DNA of 64,000 nucleotides, from the NCBI GenBank assembly GCA_963805825.1, contig CAWDVO010000020.1, positions 354,792 through 418,791 on the forward strand. The letters run 5' to 3'. How positions within the stretch are numbered: the stretch's first letter is position 1; every line of letters starts with the position of its first letter. Origin of the DNA: Candidatus Brocadiaceae bacterium. GTDB taxonomy: Bacteria > Planctomycetota > Brocadiia > SM23-32. Positions 38,880-49,000 of the stretch are shown piece after piece. The notes below the pieces were generated by a model. That model did no database searches. It saw only the letters and a list, made by a program, of their open reading frames with translations, and was not told where the DNA came from. Position numbers and translations under genes: made by a program.

Positions 38880-39299
38880 TCAGGGCGTCTCGATGCGGGT
38901 GAGGAACTCCCGCGGCGTGAAGACCGGCACGGCCGGCCGGGAGGGGAAGTCGGCGGTGTTGCGCGTGACGATGCAGTCGGCGCCGGCGCGGAGGGCGCAG
39001 AGGTCCTGCACGGCGTCCTCGAAGTCCGGCAGCTCCCCGTCGATGGCGTGGTTGATGACCCAGGCGTCGCAGACGGCGGGCGTGAAGATGCCGCACATCT
39101 TCTTTATGGCATTCGCGGCGAACTCCCGTCCGAGACCTTTGCGCACGATGTAGAAGATGTTCGTGAAGCTGGGGGCCGCGGCCATGCCCTCGAGGCGGCC
39201 GACTTCCGCCAGGGTCCAGGCCTGCGCCGACGCGGTGTAGAAGGGAGGGCGCCTGAGCAGGACGTCCAGCAGGACATTGGTGTCGTACAGGACCTTCAT
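38880..39299 (-). CDS. vapC: PIN-domain toxin (VapC family)
   Basis: Intact 139-aa ORF: MKVLYDTNVLLDVLL (conserved Asp), ...DFEDAVQ..., CIVTRNTADF. It has an ATGA start/stop overlap with the upstream antitoxin gene. Confidence 0.85.
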   Translation of the reverse strand: MKVLYDTNVLLDVLLRRPPFYTASAQAWTLAEVGRLEGMAAAPSFTNIFYIVRKGLGREFAANAIKKMCGIFTPAVCDAWVINHAIDGELPDFEDAVQDLCALRAGADCIVTRNTADFPSRPAVPVFTPREFLTRIETP

Positions 39300-39547
39300 T
39301 CCTCGATCCCGTACTTCTCCATGAGCGCTTCCTCGATGAGTTCCCGGTCGGTCTTGCCCTCGGGCGCGGACACTATGCCCGAGAGGCTCCGCGTGACGGG
39401 CCCGATCTCGATCTTCTCACCGGGCTTGAGCGCCATGACCTGCACCAGTCGGGAGAACATGGAGGAGACGCTGGTGCCTTGCTCGGCCGCCAGCTTCTTG
39501 GCCTGGGCTATGGTCTCCTCGTCCATGCTGAGCGTCAGTTTCTTCAT
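39296..39547 (-). CDS. antitoxin (RHH-like N-terminus) of the VapC pair
   Basis: Intact 83-aa ORF: MKKLTLSMDEETIAQAKKLAAEQGTSVSSMF..., with AGGAGG 6 nt upstream and a 4-nt overlap with the PIN gene. Confidence 0.75.
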   Translation of the reverse strand: MKKLTLSMDEETIAQAKKLAAEQGTSVSSMFSRLVQVMALKPGEKIEIGPVTRSLSGIVSAPEGKTDRELIEEALMEKYGIEE

Positions 39548-39553
39548 GGCCGG

Positions 39554-39610
39554 CCTCCTGGATACGTATCACCTGTCGCATATTATACGTATGGACCGAG
39601 CAGCCGTCAA
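39554..39610 (-). promoter_or_regulatory. toxin-antitoxin promoter with operator palindromes
   Basis: On the minus strand: TTGACG (39610-39605), N17, TATAAT (39587-39582). Two copies of the 8-bp palindrome ATACGTAT (39585-39592 and 39562-39569) bracket or overlap the -10 region. The RBS AGGAGG is at 39559-39554. Confidence 0.65.
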
Positions 39611-39862
39611 TCCGGCGGGCGGATACGCAACTCGCAACGCCCGTTCCCAGATTCTTCCGAGCAGCGGCTTCCCCGATGTCGTAGGCGTCCGGCCAATTCA
39701 AGGACGGGCCGTTCGGCGGTCTGCGGGCCGCTTCGGCGGGGGCGCGCGCCGGCCCGCTCGGCGCTTCGGAAGCACCGGTAATGACATAACCTGTGTATTT
39801 CCCAAGCGTTATGTTGACGTAGCCGGACCAGGCCCGGCTGTGGCACGCTGTGACGGGGTCCG

Positions 39863-39891
39863 TTGCAAATCCGATTCCGCCGCTGTAGAAT
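39863..39891 (+). promoter_or_regulatory. sigma70-like promoter candidate TTGCAA-N17-TAGAAT upstream of the giant gene
   Basis: TTGCAA is at 39863-39868 and TAGAAT at 39886-39891. ATG 40033 would then have a leader of roughly 135 nt. Confidence 0.5.
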
Positions 39892-40032
39892 CTTCGGGGC
39901 AGCACTCGTCCGCAGACACGTGCTATGAGGGGTTCAGGCAGTGGGTCTGTGTCATCCGCATGACGGCTGTTCGGCGTCCTTCGCCGCCTTCCCCCCGATC
40001 TCCGCATCCGTCACCAGCACCCGAGATACGCC

Positions 40033-43000
40033 ATGAAGTGGTATGTACGCGTCGCCCTCCTCCTTGTCCTGCTTGCCGGCACGTCATCCGCCAACGAATA
40101 CGCCTGGCGCGAGGCGGAAAGCGCGACCGCCACCAGCTTCAACCACCATAGCTGGTACCAGAACGGCGACGCCAACAACGTGATCGACAAGACGCTGATG
40201 TCTCCGGGCGTGCCGGCCAGTCCAGGCCGGCGATTGGCGGGCGCACTATGCCAGCGGCAGCACGTCGGCCTACATCGAGTGGAACAACATCAACGTCACC
40301 GAGGGCGGCACCTACACATGGTGGGCGCGCGTTGCGCCGTTCAACTCGGCCTACCGGTACTCGGTCGACGGCGGCGCCGGCACCAGCGTGGACCTGGGCC
40401 AGCAGCATGAGGTCCTGAACGTCATCGAGCCGGGCATCAACAACGTCCATTACCTCGGCTGGGTGAAGCTGGGGAACATCAGCCTGACGCCCGGCACGCA
40501 CACGCTGCGCATAACGGCCGTCGCCTATGGCGACCACGTCTTCGGCGCGGTCGACTGCACGTGCATCGTCAACTTCCCCTGGTCGCCGACCGGCGCCATC
40601 CAGCCGCCCGGCAGCTCGACGAACCCCGACCCCACGCCCGGCGCGGGCATCTGGTTCGCCCTGCACGTGGCGGACGACGCCTTCAGCGCGGACTCCATCA
40701 CCGACATGCGCGACGTGCTGGCCGCCACCACAGGCGTGCCGGCCGGCAGCAAGGGCTACGTGAAGCGCGTGGAGGACCGCTTCGAGCTGAGCGGCGAGCC
40801 CGGCGTGCCCATCAAGTTCTGGGGCCTGACCGCCGTGCACCCGGACTACACCTCGACCTTCCAGCAGCAGGCCCGCTTCTACGCCAAGCACGGCGTGAAC
40901 ATCGTCCGCCGCCACCCCATGATCAGCGAGGTCGGGACCGGGCAGACCAACTGGGACGCCTACGACCGGTGGTTCAAGGCGCTCAAGGACAACGGCATCT
41001 ACAGCGACTGGTCCGTCTTCTATCCGGACAGCGTGGCCGTGAGCCGCAGCTTCCTGCCGACCACGCCGGACGCCGGCTTCCAGGCGTTGCTGACGGGCGC
41101 CGGCGTCACGGCGGACCAGCTCTGGAACGAGCTGCCCGCCAACGGCAGCAGCCGCTACCTCGGCGGCTTCGACAACTTCGTGCAGTGGTACCAGCAGGGC
41201 CAGTGGAACTGGGAGAACACCCTCCTGCAGCACGTCAACCCCTACACGGGCATCGCCTATGTGGACGACCCGGCCCTGGCCATCGTCGAGGTGCAGAACG
41301 AGGACAACGTCTTCTGGCACTGGCCGCTGGGCGACGGCTTCTGCAACGGCAGCCAGTATCCGAACCACCACAAGCTGCTGGTCTACATGTGGTTCAAGTG
41401 GCTGCAGGCCCAGCTACGCGGACGACGCGGCGCTGAAGGCCGCCTGGGGGACGGTTGGATGAACGGGCGACAGCGTCGTCACCTTCAACCCCAGCATGAA
41501 GATATACGCCGCCTGGGAGATGTACGCGACCGCAGCCTTTCACCGGCGCGAACGACAAGGCCCGCATGGGGGACTGGGTCCGCTTCCTGTCTGAGACGCA
41601 GCGGGCCCACTACGAGACGCGCTTCGACAACGTGCGCGCCATCGGCTTCCAGGGCGTGCAGGTCAGCACGGGCTGGCAGGCCGGCGGCCCGTCCGCTGCG
41701 GCCGCCAACGGCTGGGCCGACGACGCCGGCGACGCCATCGACCACCACGTCTACATGGGCGGCGGCGCAGGGCGGCTGACTACGTCTCCACCGGCTCGGT
41801 CAGCAACGCGAGCCAGCTCTCCGACCCCGGCAACTTCCTCCTGGCCGTCAAGCGCAGCGGCACCGGCTCCAGCGGCAGCGCGCCTTACGAGTCCGTCTTC
41901 CAGATCGAGGACAAGCCGGCCATCGTGACGGAGTGGGCCAACAGCATGCCCAACCAGTGGCGGGCGGAGTCGTTGCCCATGTTCGCCTTCTACGGCATGG
42001 GCTTGCAGGGCTGGGACGGCTCGTTCAACTTCGCCGGCTCCACCCCGTGGATGGAGACCGGCTGGCCGGGCCACGGCAGGGGCCCGGGCACCTGGGTCGC
42101 CGAGACGCCCGTGAAAATGGCCCAGTTCCCTGCCGTGGCCCGCGCCGTCTACAAGGCTACATCCAGCAGGGCGCGCCGGCCGCGCGCGGCGCATGTCGGT
42201 GGACGACTTGTTCCGCGGCATCGACCCGCTCAGCCAGGCCCTGCCCGGCGGCAGCTATCCCGGGCACGTCCAACCTGATGACGCCCTCGGAGGTCAACGC
42301 CATCGGCCGCGTCACGATGAAGGCCGACAGCTCGCTCAGTTCCTCCGACTCCGTCAAGGTCGACTGGAACTCCTACTGGGACCAGACCAACAAGATCATC
42401 ACCAGCACGACCGGCCAGCTCGTCTGGAACTACAACCAGCAGGTCGTGCAGGTGAAGGCCCCGTCGACGCAGGGCCTCATCGGCCGGGCCGGCGGCAAGG
42501 GGACCTACAACCTGGGTGACGTGCAGGTGAACGTCAACTCGGGCACCCCGTTCTGCAGCCTCCTGTTCACCCCGCTCGACGGCCAGCCGCTCAGCACCTC
42601 CGCCCACATCCTGGTCACCGCCCTCGCCCAGGACAAGCAGATGGGCACCGTCTACGGCTCCGGCGGCACCACGCTGACCACCCTCGGCGGCCCGCCGCTG
42701 CTGCTGCAGCCCGTCCAGGCCACCGTCACCGTCGGCGGCAGCCCCGTCGGCATCCGTGGACGTGGTGGACATCTACGGCGTGCCGACCGGCGTGCAGGTG
42801 CCCGTCGCCGCCAACAGCTTCACCATCAACGGCAACTACACCACCGTCTACTACCAGATCAACCGCGCGCCGGGCGGCACGCCGACCATCGGCGACCGCC
42901 CCGCCTCGCTGAGCCCCTCCTGCATCCAGGGCAACAGCCCCTCGAACGCCAGCCTGCAAGTGTGGAGCGACGGCACCGCCCCATCAGCTACACCGTCTCC

Positions 43001-46000
43001 GATGACGCCGCCTGGCTGTTCGTCACCCCGTCCGGCGGCACCTCACGGACAGCGGTGACGAGCAGACCATACCGTCACCTACAACGCCGCCGGCCTCACG
43101 GCGGGCACCTACAACGCAACGTCACCGTCAGCGACCCCGCGCCAGCAACGATCCGGCACGATCCCCGTAACGCTGACGGTGAGGCGCCGCCCGCCATCGC
43201 CCTGAGCACCACCTCGCTGAGCCCCTCCTGCGTGCAGGGCAGCGCCCCGGCGGGCGACAGCTTCCAGGTCTGGGACAGCGGCGGCGGCGCCCTCAACTAC
43301 ACCATCTCCAACAATGCGACTGGCTGATCGTCAACCCCACCAGCGGGACCTCGACGGGCAGCGGGGACAAGAAGACCCACACGGTCAGCTACAATGCGGC
43401 CGGCCTGTCCCCCGGCGTCTACAACGCGCACCATCACTGTCAGCGACCCGGGCGCAGCAACGACCCGCGGTCTCACGGTGACGTTGACGGTGAGGCGCCC
43501 CGGCCATCGCCCTGAGCACGGCACGCTCAGCCCCGCCTGCTCGCAGGGCTCCAGCCCGGCGGACGCCACTTTCCAGGTGTGGGACACCGGCGGGGCGGCC
43601 CTCGACTACACGGTCGCCGATGACGTGGGCTGGCGTCAGCGTCAGCCTGTCCAGCGGGAGTTCGACGGGGACGCGCGACAAGCAGACCCATACCGTGACC
43701 TACGCCCGGCGGGCTGACCGCGGGGACTTACACGGGCCACATCACCGTCACCGACCCGAGCGCGAGCAACACCCGCAGATGATCCCGGTGAGCCTGACCG
43801 TCTCGACGGCGCCGGCCATCGCCGTGAGCACGACGACCTGAGCCCGACCGTGACCGTCGGCCAGAACGCGGCCGACGACGGCTTCCAGGTCTGGGAAGCG
43901 GCGGGCGGGATGCTCAGCTACACCGTTGCCGATGACGCAGCATGGTTGAGGTGGCGCCGTCCAGCGGGACCTCGACCGGCAGCGGCGACAAGAAGTCCCA
44001 CACCGTCAGCTACACCACTCGGGCCTGAGCGCGGGCACTACACGGGCCATATCAGCGTGACGGACGCGGCGGCGACCAACAGTCCGCAGACGATCACCGT
44101 GAGCCTGACGGTGCAGGCGGCGCCGGCCATCGCCCTGGACAAGACGACGCTGAGCCCGACGGTGACGGTGGGCCAGGATGCCGCCGACGGCACGTTCCAG
44201 GTCTGGAACAGCGGGCGACGTGGCGACTCGACCTACACGGTCGCCGACGACGCGGCGTGGCTGTCGGTCGATCCCGACGAGCGGAAGCTCGACGGGCAGC
44301 GGCGACAAGCACTCGCACACAGTGAGCTACGACACGAGCGCCCTGGGCGCGGGCACCTACACAGGCCACATCAGTGTGACTGATGCTACCGCGAGCAACA
44401 GCCCGCAGACGATCACGGTGAGCCTGACCGTGCAGACGGCAGCCGCCATCGCTCTCGACAAGACAACGCTGGGCCCCACCGTCACCGTGGGCCAGGACGC
44501 GGTGGATGACACATTCCAGGTATGGGACACGGGCGAGACCGCGCTGGACTACACCGTCACCGACGACGCAGCATGGCTCTCAGTCGCCCCGGCTTCCGGT
44601 ACGTCGACGGGCAGCGGCGACAAGCAGTCCCATACGGTCAGCTACGACACGAGCGGTCTGGCGCGCCGGCACTTACACGGGCCACATCAACGTCGCGGAC
44701 GCCGCCGCGAGCAACAGCCCGCAGACGATCACGGTGAGCCTGACCGTGCAGACCGCCGCAGCGATCGCTCTCGACAAGACGACGCTCAGCCCGACGGTCA
44801 CGGTGGGGCAGGATGCAGCGGACGATACCTTCCAGGTCTGGGATACCGGAGACGTAGCCCTCGACTACACCGTCACCGATGACGTTGCCTGGCTGAGCGT
44901 AGCGCCGACCAGCGGCACGTCGAGTGGGGCGGGCGACAAGCAGTCGCACACCGTGAGCTACGATACGAGCGGCCTGAGCGCGGGTACCTACACGGGCCAC
45001 ATCAGCGTGGCGGATCCCTCCGCCAGCAACACACCGCAGAGCATCACGGTCAGCCTGACGGTGCAGACGGCTGCGGCCATCGCTCTCGACAAGACCACGC
45101 TGAGCCCGACGGTCACCGTGGGGCAGGATGCAGCGGACGACACGTTCCAGGTGTGGGATACCGGAGACGTAGCGCTCGACTACACCGTCGCGGATGATGT
45201 TGCCTGGCTGAGCGTGGCGCCAACGAGCGGGTCGTCGACCGGCAGCGGCGACAAGCAGTCGCACACGGTCAGCTACGACACCAGCGCCCTGAGCGCCGGC
45301 ACGTACACGGGCCACATCAGCGTCGCGGACGCCGCGGCCAGCAACAGCCCACAGACGATCACCGTGAGCCTGACCGTGCAGACGGCTGCGGCCATCGCTC
45401 TCGACAAGACCACGCTGAGCCCGACGGTCACCGTGGGCCAGGATGCGGCGGATGACAGCTTCCAGGTGTGGGACACGGGCGACGTGGCGCTGGACTACAC
45501 CGTGACGGACGACGCGGCATGGCTGTCCGTCGCACCCGCATCGGGCACGTCAACCGGGAGCGAGCGACAAGCAATCCCATACGGTCAGCTACGATACCAG
45601 CGGCCTGACGGCCGGCACCTACACCGGTCACATCAGCGTGACCGACGCGTCCGCGAGCAACAGCCCGCAGGCTATCACCGTGAGCCTCACCGTACAGACT
45701 GCCCCGGTCATCGCCCTGGACAAGGCCGCCCTGAGCCCCACAGTCGTTGTGGGCCAGGATGCAGCGGATGACACCTTCCAGGTGTGGGACACGGGCGACG
45801 TGGCGCTCAACTATACGGTAACCGACGACGCGGCCTGGCTCTCCGTCAGCCCCGCGAGTGGAAGCTCGACAGGCGCAAGCGACAAGCAATCTCACACCGT
45901 CAGCTACGACACGAGCGGACTGGCGGCCGGCACGTACACGGGCCACATCAGCGTCGCGGACGCCGCCGCCGGCAACAGCCCGCAGACGATCACCGTGAGC

Positions 46001-49000
46001 CTGACCGTGCAGACGGCCGCGGCCATCGCCCTGGACAAGACGACGTTGACCCCGACGGTCACCGTCGGCCAGGATGCGTCGGACGACAGTTTCCATGTCT
46101 GGGACACCGGGGACGTTGCTCTGAGCTACACAGTCACCGACGACGCGCCGTGGCTGAGCGTGACGCCGACCAGCGGGAGTTCCACTGGCGCGGCCGACAA
46201 GCAGGCCCACACCGTCAGCTACACGACGAGCGGCCTGAGCGCCGGGACCTATACCGGCCACATCAGCGTCGCGGACGCGTCGGCGAGCAACAGCCCGCAG
46301 ACCATCACCGTCAGCCTGACCGTGCAAACGGCGGCAGCGATCGCGCTGGATAGGACAACGCTCAGCCCGACCGTGACCGTTGGGCAGGATGCGGCCGACG
46401 ACAGCTTCCAGGTGTGGGACACTGGTGACGTTGCCCTCAACTACACGGTGACCGATGACGCGGCGTGGCTGAGCGTTGCGCCGGCCAGCGGCACGTCAAC
46501 GGGGAGCGGAGACAAGCAGACTCATACGGTGAGCTACGACACCAGCGGCCTGACTGCAGGGACTTACACGGGCCACATCACCGCGGCTGATGCTGCCGCG
46601 AGCAACACCCCGCAGACGATCACGGTGAGCCTGACCGTGCAGACGGCGCCGGCGATTGCGCTGGACAGGACTACTCTCAGTCCGACGGCAACCGTTGGGC
46701 AGGACGCGGCGGACGATAGCTTCCAGGTGTGGGACACCGGCGATGTGCAGCTCATCTACACCGTTGCGGATGATGCCTCCTGGCTGAGCGTAGAGCCTGC
46801 CAGCGGGACCTCCACCGGGACGAGCGACAAGAAGTCGCACACCGTCAGCTACACGACGTCGGGCCTGAGCGCCGGCACGTACACGGGCCACATCAACGTG
46901 ACTGACGCCGCTGCGAGCAACAGCCCTCAGACGATCACGGTCAGCCTGACCGTGCAGACGGCTCCGGCCATCGCCCTGGACAAGACGACGCTGAGCCCGA
47001 CGGTCACCGTGGGGCAGGATGCGGCCGACGACTCCTTCCTGGTCTGGGACACGGGCGACGTGCAGCTCAACTACACGGTGGCCGATGACGCTGCCTGGCT
47101 CTCCGTCAGCCCGGCCTCCGGCACATCGACCGGCGGCAGCGACAAGCAATCGCACACCGTCAGCTACGACACGAGCGGCCTGTCCGCCGGCACCTACACG
47201 GGCCACGTCACCGTGGCCGACGCGTCCGCGAGCAACAGCCCGCAGACGATCACCGTCAGCCTGACGGTGCAGACGGCCGCGGCCATCGCGCTGGACAAGA
47301 CTACGCTGAGTCCGACGGTGGGCGTGGGCAATGATGCCGGGGACGACACGTTCCAGGTGTGGGACACGGGCGATGTCCAGCTCGACTACACCGTCACCGA
47401 TGATGTGCCCTGGCTGAGCGTAGCGCCGACCAGCGGGACGTCGACCGGGACGGCTGACAAGCACTCCCACACGGTCAGCTACACGACGAGCGGCCTGACG
47501 GCCGGCACCTACACCGGCCACATCAGTGTCGCCGATCCGGGCGCGAGCAACACGCCGCAGACCATCACGGTCAGCCTGACCGTGCAGACCGCGGCGGCCA
47601 TCGCCCTCGACAAGACAACGCTGAGCCCGACCGTTACGGTGGGCCAGAACGCCGGCGACGACAGCTTCCAGGTATGGGACACCGGCGGGACCACGCTCAG
47701 CTACACCGTCTCCGACGATGTCGGCTGGCTCAGCGTCGCGCCTACCAGCGGGACGTCGACGGGAACGAGCGACAAGCAATCCCACACGGTCAGCTACGAC
47801 ACGAACGCCTTGGCAGCAGGCACGTACACGGGCCACATCAACGTTACGGATGCCGCCGCGAGCAACAGCCCGCAGACGGTCACCGTCAGCCTGACAGTGC
47901 AGACGGTCGCAGCCATTGCGCTGGACAAGACCACCCTGAGCCCGACGGTCACCGTCGGCCAGGACGCCTCGGACGACAGCTTCCAGGTGTGGGACACGGG
48001 TGACGTTGCCCTCAACTACACCGTCACGGACGACGCGGCCTGGCTGAGCGTCACCCCGACCAGCGGGACATCGACGGGAACGAGCGACAAGCAATCCCAC
48101 ACGGTCAGCTACAACACAAGCGCGTTGACCGCTGGCACCTACACCGGCCACATCACCGTGACGGACGCGTCCGCGAGCAACAACCCGCAGACGATCACCG
48201 TCAGTCTGACCGTGCAGACAGCCGCGGCCATCGCCCTCGACAAGACGACCCTCAGTCCCACGGTGACGGTCGGCCAGGACGCGACGGACGACACGTTCGA
48301 GGTCTGGGACACGGGCGACGTGCAGCTCAACTACACGGTGGCCGATGACGCGACCTGGCTCTCCGTCAGCCCCGCGAGCGGCAGCTCGACGGGTGCAAGC
48401 GACAAACAGACGCACACCGTCAGCTACGACACGAGCGGGCTGACTGCGGGAACCTACACCGGCCACATTAGCGTGGCCGATGCTGCTGCGAGCAACAGCC
48501 CGCAGGCGATCACCGTCAACCTGACGGTGCGAACCGCTGCAGCCATCGCTCTGGACAAGACCACGCTCAGCCCAACGGTTACGGTGGGCCAGAACGCTGC
48601 CGACGACGCGTTCCAGGTCTGGGACACCGGGGAGACAACCCTCAACTACACGGTGTCCGACGACGCAAGCTGGCTGAGCGTCACTCCGACCGGCGGGACG
48701 TCGACCGGGACGGCTGACAAGCAGTCGCACACGGTCAGCTACGACACGAGTGGGCTCACAGCCGGCGCCTACACCGGCCACATCAGCGTCGCGGACGCAT
48801 CCGCCAGCAACAGCCCGCAGACGATTACGGTCAGCCTGACGGTGCAAACGTCGGCCGGCATCGCGCTGGACAAGACCACGCTGAGTCCCACGGTGACGGT
48901 CGGCCAGGACGGGACGGACGACACCTTCCAGGTGTGGGACACCGGTGACGTTGCCCTCAACTACACCGTCATGGACGACGTGGCATGGCTGAGCGTGACG

